Of a DNA stretch of 64,000 nt, positions 40,608 through 52,773 are shown piece by piece. The notes under the pieces were generated by a model, which was not told where the DNA came from, did not search any database, and saw only the letters and a list, made by a program, of their open reading frames with translations. The translations under genes were made by a program, and so were the position numbers. The stretch is from Eledone cirrhosa. Its lineage: Eukaryota. Location of the stretch: positions 109,306,001 through 109,370,000 of the forward strand of contig OZ024742.1 of the NCBI GenBank assembly GCA_964016885.1, in the 5' to 3' direction. How positions within the stretch are numbered: the first letter of the stretch is position 1; each line of letters opens with the position of its first letter.

Positions 40608-43600
40608 TATTATTATTATTATTATTGTTATTGTTATTCCTTGAATCTCAGTCATTGATGTTGGTTAACTGGAAAGTCCGTTGGATTGAATATCAAGCCA
40701 CTACCTGCAGCCTCAGATATTCAGGACGTATCGGAGGGTTCTTGCCGTTCCAAGCAAGCATGCCTTTTGAAGCGTTCCAAAAAGCGTGAAGGGGCCGATT
40801 TTCTTTAACCATCCCTGGAAACCTTTGGAGATAGTCCCCAGTGCGCCTATGACAATCGGGATCACTTTGACTTCATGGCAGTTCCAAATCCTTTTCACCT
40901 CCCACTTTAGGTCCTGGTATCGGTTAATTTTCTCCCTCTCCTTCTCTTGCACTCTCGTGTCGAACGGGCAGGCCACATCCACAATCAGGCACGATCTTTT
41001 TTCTTTGTCCACAACCACCAGGTCAGGTCTATTGTGTTCCAGTTTTTTGTCCGTCTGTATCCTAAAATCCCACAGCACCTTCACCTGACTGTTCTCCATC
41101 ACCGCCTCTGGCCTATGCTCATACCATTTCTCAGAATGTGGTAGATTGTTTACTTTGCACAGGTGCCAGTGGATCACCCTGCCCATCACATCGTGTCTCC
41201 AGCCCTTATAGTGGGTCTGGGCTAGGTGTTTACACTCGGACACAATGTGAGCCACAGTCTCCTCTCTCTCTGCACAGATCCTGCACAGTGGGCTAGCCTC
41301 CTCCTTGTAGATATGGTGCTTCAACCACTTCGTTTTGAGGGCCTGCTCCTGCGCAGCCATTAGCATTCCTTCTGTAGCCTTTTTGAGGTCTCCTCTTCTC
41401 AACCAGTTCCATGTCTGTGGATCTCTAAATTCAGTTTTCTCAAAGAAGGTACTATGAAGGGATTTTCCCTTAAGGCTGCTCTTCCTCCTTGATGTTATTT
41501 CCTCCTTGGGTATCCCCTGGCCTACTGTCCCCTCCTTCAGTACAGCTCTGAGCATTGGCTCCTTACTATAGGTCACGTATTTGTATAGGTTGTTTTTCTC
41601 CATCTGAACACAGTCCTCTATGCTGATAAGACCTCTTCCACCCTCAGATCTCCTTAGGTAGAGTCTATCGACATCACTCCTCTTGTGGAACATGTTGTAG
41701 ATAGTCAATAGCTTCCTAGTCTTCCTATCCATTTCTTTTTGTTCAGCAACATTCCATCTCAGAATTCCCGCACTGTACCTAATAATAGACACAGCTCGGG
41801 AATTTACTGCGCTTATGGCATTTCTGCTGTTCAGATGTGACTTCAATACGCTCCTTACTCTCCGAATGTATTCAGTTCTTAACAATTCCTTCATTTTTTT
41901 GTTCTTTATGCCATCAGCCTCCAGAACGCCCAAATACTTGTATCCTTCCTCAGAGTCAATTTCCTTTATCATCTCACCTGTTGGTATCTGGATCCCGTTA
42001 CTTCTGCTCAACCTACCCCTCCTCATCACAATGACTCCACATTTACCAATACCAAACTGCATACATATATCACTGCTGAAAATACGGACAGTGTCAACAA
42101 GCACATCCAACTCCTTCTCACTTTTCCCGAAGAGCTTAAGATCGTCCATGAAGAGGAGGTGATTGATGGTAAGCTCTCCCCTTCCCAACTTGTATCCTGC
42201 TCTCACTTTTCGCAGCATAATGGTCAAGGGCATCAGGGCAAGGACAAACAACAGAGGGGACAGGCTATCTCCCTGGAAGATACCTCTCTTGATCTTCACG
42301 CTTCCCAAGGATACTCCAGTTGATGTCAACTCTGTCTCCCAGGACCCCATACTCCTGCCCAGCAACTGTCTGATGTTATCTGCCACCCTGAAGATCTCCA
42401 GGCTTTTGGTGATCCAGGAATGAGGCACCATGTCAAATGCCTTTCTGTAGTCTATCCATCCCATGGCAAGATCAGTGTGTCTCCTCCTGCAATTCCCCAT
42501 TACCATCTTATCAATAAGCAACTGGTCCTTTGTACCCCGTGACTTCTTTCGGCATCCTTTCTGTTCGTCCGGCAACAAGTTGTTTGTGTGGAGGTGATGG
42601 TAGATTTCCTCAGACACAATGCTCGTCAACAGTTTCCACATTACGGGCAGACATGTGATAGGTCTATAGTTGGTAACATCATTACCCTTGATTCGGTCTT
42701 TCATTATCAGAACTGTGGTACCTTTTGTCAACCACTCTGGCACCTCACCCGACACCAAGCAGTCATTGAACATGGCCGTCAGCTTCGGGTGGAGGGGTGT
42801 TAAATGTTTAATCCAATACCCCTGCACACCATCTGGGCCTGGTGATTTCCAGTTGGTTAGTTTTTTGGCTTGCCCCTTAAGAGTTTCAACTGTGATACTC
42901 AAATCAGTCTGTTGCTGTGCCTGCTCACCGATCTCCCTCTGTACTGTCTCAATCCACCCTGCCTGGGCATTGTGTCTAACATCCTGCTCCCATATTCCTC
43001 TCCAGAATGTTTTAGCTTGTTCCGCCCCAGGGATCAAGTCGTTGCCTCTTTCTTTCCCCTCAAGCTGTCCAAACAGCATCTTCTGGTTGTTGTCGAACAT
43101 GCGGTTCTGTTTATACTGACTGACTCTGTTCTCGTATCGCCTGATTTTGGCACTCTTTGCTACAATGCGTTGCTTCAATTCCTCTATGATAATATTTAGC
43201 TTTTTACTCCTAGTTTTGTATTTTATTTCCAGTCTATTTTTAGTGCCTATGTTTTTTAGTGTCCCATTCAGTAGTGACTCAAGCTTTCCTATGTCATTTC
43301 TCATTTCCCCGATTTGCCCACTCAGTCGCTTCTTCCACCACGGCTCTGCTCTTTCTTGTCTGTTGTTTCCTCTCGCTTTTATACCAAGTAGTTTCCTCAC
43401 CGTATTTGCTGTTGCTTTGAGGATATTGTTGCACTGGTGAAGACTCCTCGCCTCAAGGTATGGGATGACTTTGTTTACCTTAGCTGTTGTTTCTTTTAAC
43501 TTTTTCCTGTCTACAAATCTTAGGTTCATAGGTCTCCCACTATCATTGTTCAACTCATCTACCACTAAATTTAGGATGTCAACCGAATCTTGTCCTAGCC

Positions 43601-44225
43601 CGTCAGCATTCATCTCCTCAGTGGCCGTATCTCTGTTCCAGGTATTATTTATCTCAGTATTCAGATCATTGTCTGCTTCGGGTGGTTCCTCCGTTCTCAG
43701 GACCTCCTCACCTTCATTTCCCGCCGGCTCGCTTGTCTGGCATACTACACCCGCCATCTCCAAGCCATTCTCTCTGCTCAGTTCCTCCAGTTCCAGCTCG
43801 CTTATCCACCCATTAGTTCTTATTACCCGAGCCTGCCCGGCCAATTTTTGTTCATCTAATTTAAATAAACCAATCTCGTTCCAGATGTTATGCATCCGTC
43901 TCCTGTAGCCCCTCTCCTTGGGGTTACTTTTCAGGTAGCATTGCATAACAGTTCTATTCAATTCTTTCGTCCAGTTGGTTCTGGCCCCTTTCCTTCTTCT
44001 TCTTCCTCCAACATCAGCAGTATTTGGTTGACAGTCAGGTTCCTGCTGCTGAGCCAGGGGCCACCTGTTGGGTGAGAGTCTGTCACATGACGTTCTAGTC
44101 TCCATTTCACCGTTATTCGAACTGTTTATGTTCGATATTTAAACACTCTTATCGAGGATTGGCGAATGTATGTTTACATAGCCATCTGTGGATCCGCCAT
44201 CCCACTTGGCCCTTGTGTGGCATTA
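40608..44225 (-). mobile_element. Apparently full-length Dong/R4-like LINE ending in (TAA)n
   Basis: A ~75-nt 3' UTR runs into AATAACAATAACAATAATAATAAT. A short 5' UTR precedes the ATG; the 5' boundary is approximate. Confidence 0.8.
40713..44105 (-). CDS. Intact single-ORF non-LTR retrotransposon protein (R4/Dong clade): RT + CCHC zinc knuckle + restriction-like endonuclease
   Basis: 1130 aa with no stops: KSPGPDG, YRPITCL, EQKGC, WIDYRKAFD, GIFQGDSLSPLLF, LFMDDLKL, YKYLG, CRIC..ETVAHIVSEC, RHD, RPDLVV..IVDVACP..K..Y. No APE domain. Confidence 0.95.
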   Translation of the reverse strand: METRTSCDRLSPNRWPLAQQQEPDCQPNTADVGGRRRRKGARTNWTKELNRTVMQCYLKSNPKERGYRRRMHNIWNEIGLFKLDEQKLAGQARVIRTNGWISELELEELSRENGLEMAGVVCQTSEPAGNEGEEVLRTEEPPEADNDLNTEINNTWNRDTATEEMNADGLGQDSVDILNLVVDELNNDSGRPMNLRFVDRKKLKETTAKVNKVIPYLEARSLHQCNNILKATANTVRKLLGIKARGNNRQERAEPWWKKRLSGQIGEMRNDIGKLESLLNGTLKNIGTKNRLEIKYKTRSKKLNIIIEELKQRIVAKSAKIRRYENRVSQYKQNRMFDNNQKMLFGQLEGKERGNDLIPGAEQAKTFWRGIWEQDVRHNAQAGWIETVQREIGEQAQQQTDLSITVETLKGQAKKLTNWKSPGPDGVQGYWIKHLTPLHPKLTAMFNDCLVSGEVPEWLTKGTTVLIMKDRIKGNDVTNYRPITCLPVMWKLLTSIVSEEIYHHLHTNNLLPDEQKGCRKKSRGTKDQLLIDKMVMGNCRRRHTDLAMGWIDYRKAFDMVPHSWITKSLEIFRVADNIRQLLGRSMGSWETELTSTGVSLGSVKIKRGIFQGDSLSPLLFVLALMPLTIMLRKVRAGYKLGRGELTINHLLFMDDLKLFGKSEKELDVLVDTVRIFSSDICMQFGIGKCGVIVMRRGRLSRSNGIQIPTGEMIKEIDSEEGYKYLGVLEADGIKNKKMKELLRTEYIRRVRSVLKSHLNSRNAISAVNSRAVSIIRYSAGILRWNVAEQKEMDRKTRKLLTIYNMFHKRSDVDRLYLRRSEGGRGLISIEDCVQMEKNNLYKYVTYSKEPMLRAVLKEGTVGQGIPKEEITSRRKSSLKGKSLHSTFFEKTEFRDPQTWNWLRRGDLKKATEGMLMAAQEQALKTKWLKHHIYKEEASPLCRICAEREETVAHIVSECKHLAQTHYKGWRHDVMGRVIHWHLCKVNNLPHSEKWYEHRPEAVMENSQVKVLWDFRIQTDKKLEHNRPDLVVVDKEKRSCLIVDVACPFDTRVQEKEREKINRYQDLKWEVKRIWNCHEVKVIPIVIGALGTISKGFQGWLKKIGPFTLFGTLQKACLLGTARTLRYVLNI

Positions 44226-44675
44226 TCACCACGCTGTATACGGACACACATAAACAAACAAACACACGGGCAGAAAGGGCCCCAAAACTGAATAAGCATA
44301 AGTTTCATTGTAATGTAGTATTCGAATGTCTGACTTAGTTTTTGTTTTTTAAGTTTTACTTTTTCCCCCCTCTTCTCTGTCCGTCCGCCTGCTTCTCTCT
44401 TCATTCTTATTTTCTTTACGTTTTTGGGGTTTCTTTTTTTGTTTTTGTTTTTCTCTGTTTTTCTCGTTTTTTACTGTTGTTGCTGTGCTGCTTTTGTTGT
44501 TTGTTTTTTCTTTTTTCTTTTGAGTCTATCTATATATTTTGATGCCTTCCTCTTTGTTAGTAGTAGGAATTCTATAATGTGGAAGTGGTAGCCAGCAGAG
44601 ACTGGCGGCGTTGGCGATACTGAGACAGTGGTGGTGGTGATGTCGATACCGAGGCAGTGGTGGCGGTGATGCGAC

Positions 44676-45330
44676 CGTATTACTGTAGTGATGGTGCTGT
44701 AGCGGTGGCAGCAGCAGTGAAGGAGTCAGGGGGTGGTGGCGGCGGTGATGGGATAGTGGTGGTAATGATGGCCGTAGTGAGCGGTGGCGGTGAAGGTGAA
44801 AATGCTGTTGTGTTTAGTGTACACAGATGATGGGGTGGGTGGTGTATCTAGTTTCTGGTGTTGGTGAGTTTCGCTGTCCTATATAGTGTAGCCAGAGGAG
44901 AGGAGGGGGGGGGGGGGTTCTTCTTCTTCCATTTATAGCCATTTTATTTTTTTTTTCTTTTGGATATACAGTGTACAATACAAAGTTGAATATTTGAATA
45001 TTTGAGCCGTATTACTGTAGTGATGGTGCTGTAGCGGTGGCAGCAGCAGTGAAGGAGTCAAGGGGTGGTGGCGGCGGTGATGGGATAGTGGTGGTAATGA
45101 TGGCCGTAGTGAGCGGTGGCGGTGAAGGTGAAAATGCTGTTGTGTTTAGTGTACACAGATGATGGGGTGGGTGGTGTATCTAGTTTCTGGTGTTGGTGAG
45201 TTTAGCTGTCCTATATAGTGTAGCCAGAGGAGAGGAGGGGGGGGGGGGGGTTCTTCTTCTTCCATTTATAGCCATTTTTTTTTTGGATATACAGTGTACA
45301 ATACAAAGTTGAATATTTGAATATTTGAGC
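44676..45330. repeat. Recent ~330-bp tandem duplication of a GGT-rich segment
   Basis: CCGTATTACTGTAGTG...GAATATTTGAG occurs twice, nearly identical apart from homopolymer lengths. Confidence 0.85.
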
Positions 45331-45497
45331 CTTATAACAATATATTTTGGGTCCGAATTTTTTTGGGGCTCAAGCCGGGTGCTTTACGTAGCATTTGTAC
45401 TAAGAGTTGTTATTTCACAAATGATTTAAATATGTTAAAAATTCAAAACTTACGGGAGCGATTTCATGACCTCCGTCACCTCGTGCGTCTTCTTCCC

Positions 45498-45558
<61 letters not shown>

Positions 45559-45559
<1 letters not shown>

Positions 45560-45899
45560 ATCATTAGACCCCTTAGGTATCATTCCCAGAGCGCCTACAA
45601 CCACTGGTATTGTTTTAGTTCTCAATTTCCACATTTTTCCAATTTCTATCTCCAGGTCCTTATACTTGCTCAATTTTTCAAATGTTTTTATAGATACATT
45701 CTTGTCTATTGGAACAGACATATCAATTAGCAGGCATACCCTCCTTTGAAAGTCCTTCAATATTATATCAGGTCTATTTGCATCTATTTTTCGGTCTGTT
45801 TGGATGCTAAAGTTCCACAAGATTGAGATGTGATCTTTTTCAAGTATGGGAGGTGATTGATGCTCCCACCAATTCTTTTGATGGAGCAGGTCAAAATGC
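45559..45899 (-). pseudogene. Internal Dong/R4 endonuclease fragment between two (TAA)n tracts
   Basis: [49 protein letters not shown]. Confidence 0.85.
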
Positions 45900-45984
<85 letters not shown>

Positions 45985-46077
45985 TACATACATGTATTGT
46001 ATATATATATATACATATATTTTATATATATTTATATATATATATACATACATATGTATACATATATATATACATAT

Positions 46078-46142
<65 letters not shown>

Positions 46143-46269
46143 CATTATATACATATATATATACATATATATATACATATATATATACATATATATATAC
46201 ATATATATATATACATATATATATACATATATATGTATATACATATATATATAAGTATATATATATATG

Positions 46270-46321
<52 letters not shown>

Positions 46322-46522
46322 TGTATATAACGTCATATATATATATATATATATGACATTAGATACATATATATATACATACATATATATATATGACATT
46401 ACATACATATATATATACATATATATATATATTTATATATAAATATATATACATATATATATACATATATATATATATACTTATATATAAATATATATAT
46501 ACATATATATATACATATATAC

Positions 46523-46631
<109 letters not shown>

Positions 46632-47018
46632 TGATTGTTTTAGATAAAAAGCCAATGCGTTGTTGATTATGGAAATTATTGGTGAGTCCTGATTCCATTA
46701 TCATTCTGTCTATGTTGTTGCCAGAGCTTTGAGCGATTGGTTCTCGTTGAATATTGTTAACTAGCCATGTTTTAACATGGGAACTCAGCTAGTGGTGCCG
46801 ATTCTATTTAATTATTGTCATTCCCAGAGGCTGCAACCCGAAGAACTGAAGACGGTAAATATCTAAATATCAACGTAAGATGAGAATTGGCAACTTAATT
46901 ATGGAATATCACTAATTTGGTTATATCACGATATTGTGAGGCGATGACGTCAATAATTGGAGAATACATACATGTATGTATGTATGAACGTATGTGTGTA
47001 CGTATGTATGTATGTAGG

Positions 47019-47059
<41 letters not shown>

Positions 47060-47186
47060 AAATCTTTGGCTTTGAATATAATACTAAACGTGTTTATCAT
47101 TCACAATTTGCTTCAAGCATCATGAGTTCTCTTTAGAAATACTGGAACATTTTTTTCCTCTGTCTGTCTGTCTCTTGCCTTTTCCC

Positions 47187-47291
<105 letters not shown>

Positions 47292-47390
47292 CTCTCTCCC
47301 TCTCTTTCATCTTGTTCTATAGAAGATGTTTTATAAGTAGGCTGCTTCGGTGATTTGCATTTTCACAATGTGTATGCAAATACATATACA

Positions 47391-47506
<116 letters not shown>

Positions 47507-47523
47507 ATGTTGTATATATATGT

Positions 47524-47563
<40 letters not shown>

Positions 47564-47580
47564 TAACAGATTAATTTTAA

Positions 47581-47616
<36 letters not shown>

Positions 47617-47637
47617 TATATATATATATATATATGT

Positions 47638-47671
<34 letters not shown>

Positions 47672-47695
47672 GGTGGGTGTGTGTGTATGTGTGTG

Positions 47696-47758
<63 letters not shown>

Positions 47759-47789
47759 CAAATATATATGTATATATATGACTTTCAGA

Positions 47790-48845
47790 AAACTATTCAC
47801 CCTAAAACTCTTACATACGTCAACAACATAACTAACTAAATTTCTAGTAGTCAGACTAAAACATCAATTAATCTAACTAAACCAGATACATCATATAAAT
47901 ATAAGAAACAACGTCGAAACCTTAATATACGGGTTACTTGGTATAATGGTCCATTTAATCTACAGATTAAAGACAATATCCCTAAAAAATTCTTTGCTAT
48001 CCTAGAGAAAAATTTCCCACCAAACCATAAATACCATCAAATTTTAATTAGATCTACTGTCAAATGTTCCTACTCCACTACCAAGAATATACAACAGAAT
48101 ATAAGTGCGTACAACACATATAAGTGTAAAAAAACCCATAAATATACCACCAATACATGAAACCAACCATAATAATACTAAAGTAAACCTAAACAAACCA
48201 CCTTCTTCTTCACCTATAATAAACTCCACACCAACTTTGACTAATAATCTCCAAAACAAACAGAGTTCTACTAGCTCCACATCCCCTAAACTATCACCCA
48301 TCAACAACCTGTCTAACCATTCTAATATAATTACAACCCATTCTAAACCATACATTAATGAAAATAGTAACACTAATACCACTATAGATAACACAATTAA
48401 CTCTCCTGACACAATATTTACGAATGGCTGTAACTGTAGAACCAAAAGAAATTGCCCATTAAAGGGAAATTGTCTTATTAATAATAGAGTCTATAAATGT
48501 GTAGTTAGTACTAAGGACTCAACTCAACTCAATCCTATATAGGAGCTACGTCTAACCAATTTAAAGTAATATTTAATACCCACAAACATAGTTTTAAAAA
48601 TGCCGCATTAGATGGCTGAAGCAATTATTAATTATAGAAAGAAGGATATTGATTATAACATGATCTGGAGCGTGCTCAAAAGGGCCACTCCTTATCAAAA
48701 TAGTAGATATGAGTGTAAGTTATGCTCCCAAGAACTATTTGAAATCATAAAATCTAATGATATCCTATTAAATAAGCGACAGGAGTTAATTATATCATGC
48801 AATCATAGAATTAGAAAAACCTTAAAATACTATAAACTTAATTAA
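47790..48845 (+). pseudogene. PLE (Naiad-like) thumb, linker and GIY-YIG remnant
   Basis: WYNGPFN..FPPNHKYHQIF, GCNCRTKRNCPLKGNCL..VYKC, YIGAT, CKLCSQE..LLNKRQELIISCNHR; contains frameshifts. Confidence 0.85.
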
Positions 48846-49557
48846 TATATACCTCACTCTTATATTTTACAAATTATTATAATTTTTTTAAAATTTAGTT
48901 TACCTATAATTAAATATTTACTACAAAGAATTTCATAATTTTATTTCCCTCTTGCAGCTCACTTTACGTTAAGTTATCTTTAACCTCACTACTTCTTTTA
49001 ACCGCATCCCCTATCTATCACATTCAATACCTAGGATTAGTAAATATAATTAATATCTTTAATATTACGGTTGTTTAGATAGATACACTACTTTTTATAA
49101 AATTTTATCTATTTCAGTCTTTCTATATATATTTTATATATATATATTTTTTTTTTATTTCTTTTACTTCTTTATTTATCACATCCATAAGAATTAATAT
49201 AATTTTAACTCTGTAAGTATATCTATCAATTAATTTAATTTCCTTTTATGTATCTACGTTCCTTAAAATTTAAACAGGAGTAGTATTTCTCACTAACACT
49301 CTCATCCCGTCAAAAAATGATTTTTTTTTGGGGGGGGGGATCCTTCACTATCTCATTAACTTGACCTCATTTTAACCCCTACCTTTCTCTTCCCCATTCT
49401 TTCCCTTCAAAGCATAAATTTACATTCCTCCACTCCTAGCATAAAATTTCTACTACGGTTATTCTATCAACTTGACCTCTAACTTTTCTATTGGTCAATT
49501 GAAAACCTGTTCCCAAACAGACTTTTTGTATTAATACTTTCATTCAATAAACATACT

Positions 49558-49700
49558 TCATCATTTCTGAAGATGGCATATATAAGTGAAGGTTTGTATA
49601 TCTCCTCTGATAATTTGTAATATTTTTTTACATAAATCTTTGATATGATATACATACCAACATACACATATATATCCCAGAAACAATCGTAAAATGATGA
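49558..49700 (+). ncRNA. Type I hammerhead ribozyme with ~105-nt stem II domain
   Basis: UCAUCAUUU-CUGAAGA-UGG.AUAUAUA...UAUAUAU.CCA-GAAAC-AAUC-GUA-AAAUGAUGA: 9-bp stem I, in the 3' region of the upstream PLE. Confidence 0.75.
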
Positions 49701-49991
49701 CTTTTTTAATATAAGGAACCTGTTCTTTGTTTTTATTTCATTGTTTTTATTAATTTATCTTGACTCTGTTTTCCTATGATTTTTATCGTTAAATTTTGAA
49801 TGCAATCTCTCTTTTCATGATATCTTCTATATTTGAATTACATTGAGTTATTCATACGGATTGGACACTACCGTTTATTTTGGTAGACTTATCTACACAC
49901 ACACACATATATATATATATTTTTTAGGATCGATCGACTTTCGTCAAATCGGACCGAGGAAACAATGTTTCCGTTGGTCTTTCCAGTTGCT

Positions 49992-50082
<91 letters not shown>

Positions 50083-50451
50083 CATATATACATATATACA
50101 TAATGTAGGAGGTGAGTTTTATTGTAGAACAATAAAGCAATGAAAATTTTTAATTTTTTAATTTATTTATAAATTTACAACCGTTATTCAGTTAATTTTC
50201 AATGGTGACAGCGTTTTTCAGTTTAAATGTTTATCTCTCTCTTTCTCCTTTCTCTTTCTCTCTCCTCCTTCCTTATTAAACTCTTCCTCCGTTATCCTCT
50301 CCTTCCTTTTTCCTTTCTTCCTCTTCCTTCCTTTTTTCCCCTTCCTTCCCTTTTTTCCAATCTTCTATATCCTTTTAAATTTATTTATCATATGTTGACT
50401 AGACACTACCTTGTTCACAATTGTTTTTTTAGGCATCATATAATGTCTCCC

Positions 50452-50522
50452 TATTTTATCTGATGAGAACGTAAATATCGTCCCAGAATGATATTTGTTT
50501 TTGAAATGCGCATAATAAAATA
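50452..50522 (+). ncRNA. Type I hammerhead ribozyme
   Basis: UAUUUUAU-CUGAUGA-GAAC.AAAUAUCGU/AUGAUAUUU.GUUU-GAAA-UGCGCA-UA-AUAAAAUA: 8-bp stem I, palindromic stem III. Confidence 0.8.
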
Positions 50523-50792
50523 CATGGAACTTTTTAAACCATCTTTTAATTTCTTCTTACATATATACATATATACATATATACACATATATATATATAT
50601 ATATATATATATTTCTTCTTACATATACACATATATTACATATATACATATATACATATATATATAGGTGTGTGTGTTAATAGAAGGAATTCCAACTTTG
50701 TCTGATTTACTCGTTTTATTTACAATCCTTTAAAATGTATAATGGTATTAGAATGAAATAGTATGGTAGAATATTAAATGTTAAGTATTAAT

Positions 50793-50832
50793 TGAACAAG
50801 TACTTTCATGCTTTCGCAATCTTCAGGTTCAT
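50793..50832 (-). ncRNA. Minimal hammerhead ribozyme (inverted pLTR)
   Basis: UGAAC-CUGAAGA-UUGC-GAAA-GCAU-GAAA-GUAC-UU-GUUCA. Confidence 0.8.
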
Positions 50833-51837
50833 ATTCTGTGGTGACAGAATATGAACAACTTAGGACAACCCAAGGAAGAAGAAACCAAGAACTGGTCATA
50901 CCATGTATAATGACACACAACCCATGTCACCAGAATATCTTCAACACTGCCAAAGCAAACCTACCGATTATTGCTCAAAGGCTTAATCACAGACCGTTCT
51001 TTGACTCTTAGTAAAAGACAGCCGAAAAATTTGAAGTTATTACTAACAAAAGCAAAGTTTGACCTTAACAACAAAGACCAATCATTCACTGTATTTAAAT
51101 GCAATGATAGTCGATGTGGCACATGTCAATCCATACACACTGGTCAATATATGAACACAAAAACTGGAAAAATATTCCCAAATGCAAATATGAACTGCAA
51201 AAGCAGAAATCTAATTTACTGCATTAAATGGCCGAATTGTGAAGAACTATATGTCGGTCTAACTGGAAATGCACTATCGGAACGTGTACGGGTGCACCGA
51301 CAGCAAATCAGAGACCCTAATGTCCGTCAGATACCCCTGAGTAACCTTCTAGCAACATGTGGTCAGAGAATATTTATAACATTTCCATTCTACAAATTAC
51401 ACAGCCCAAGTGAAATCAAGAGAAAAATTAAAGAAAAGAATTTTATTGATAAATTCCAACCCCAGCTAAATGAACAATAATAATGACTACTATGACTACG
51501 ACCATGTCATCTCGACTACCACCACTAACAACAACAACAATAATAATAATAAAAGTGATGTTGATGATGATGATGATTACTAGAAAATGCTATTTTCATC
51601 ATTTCTAAAAATAGCAAAACAATTGATGCTTTGGATAGGGTCAAAAAGTAGTCGTTAGACATGCTCAACCAATCGTGACGCCTAAATCAATCAGCTTTAA
51701 TAATCCAGTGAAACTACACACCGACTGGTCGAAATACAGTTTGCAAAATTTAGCATCCTGTAGCGGCTTATATAAGGCACAAAATTTACCCATCTCACTA
51801 CAGTTGAAAATTGCAAACTTGACAGTCACCACAGAAT

Positions 51838-51878
51838 ATGAACCTGAAGATTGCGAAAGCATGAAAGTACTTGTTCAT
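51838..51878 (+). ncRNA. Minimal hammerhead ribozyme (3' pLTR)
   Basis: AUGAAC-CUGAAGA-UUGC-GAAA-GCAU-GAAA-GUAC-UU-GUUCAU: GNRA-capped stem II, palindromic stem III AGUACU. Confidence 0.8.
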
Positions 51879-52024
51879 TTAACACTTAACCTTTAATATT
51901 CTACCATACTATTTCATTTTAATACCATTATACATTTTAAAGGATTGTAAATAAAACGAGTAAATCAGAAAAAGTTGGAATTGCTTATATTAATATAATC
52001 TTCTATACACAATCATACACACCC

Positions 52025-52093
<69 letters not shown>

Positions 52094-52318
52094 ATAATGC
52101 ATACAAATGCTGAAACCGGTAATAGACAATAATTAAATATATAAATAGATAAATAAATGCCATTGTTAAATAATAAATAAAGCAACTAATACCTTAACAT
52201 TTCACAAAGTAAAACATTTCGTTTTAATCATTTTCTAACCCAGAAAAAAGATTGAGAGAAACAAAAAAGGAAAAAAATATTTTTTTCTTCCTCATAATCG
52301 TCTCTTTCTCCCTGTTTT

Positions 52319-52363
<45 letters not shown>

Positions 52364-52536
52364 GACAAATTTAATATATAGATGTCCTCTACAGGAATAG
52401 AACAGTTTCATTCGAAAGCTTTCCTGGTGATTTCCTTCGAATGAAATAGTCCTTTTGTTGTTTACACTCTACTAATATATTGAATACCTCATTTACTGTG
52501 GATAATCTCTGATTGAACCAGGGACTCACACACACA

Positions 52537-52642
<106 letters not shown>

Positions 52643-52690
52643 AGACGTAAAATAAGAAAATTATAAAATTAACTTACTTACTAAAATATC

Positions 52691-52773
52691 ACTTCCAACT
52701 AATTAGTTTCTGGAATGGAGTAAATATATTTTCCGAAGAATAATACAGAGAAGCATTCCGTCGTCAGGAAAGT
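52691..52773 (-). ncRNA. Type I hammerhead ribozyme
   Basis: ACUUUC-CUGACGA-CGGAAUG...CAUUCCA-GAAAC-UAAUUA-GUU-GGAAGU. Confidence 0.8.

Larger units (their letters stand above)
50677..52027 (+). mobile_element. 5'-truncated Neptune-like PLE with inverted 5' pLTR, GIY-YIG ORF (to 51480) and 3' pLTR
   Basis: 50677-50845 is the reverse complement of ~51825-51995. GIY-YIG protein is close to 21428-21907; (TA)-rich flanks. Confidence 0.9.
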
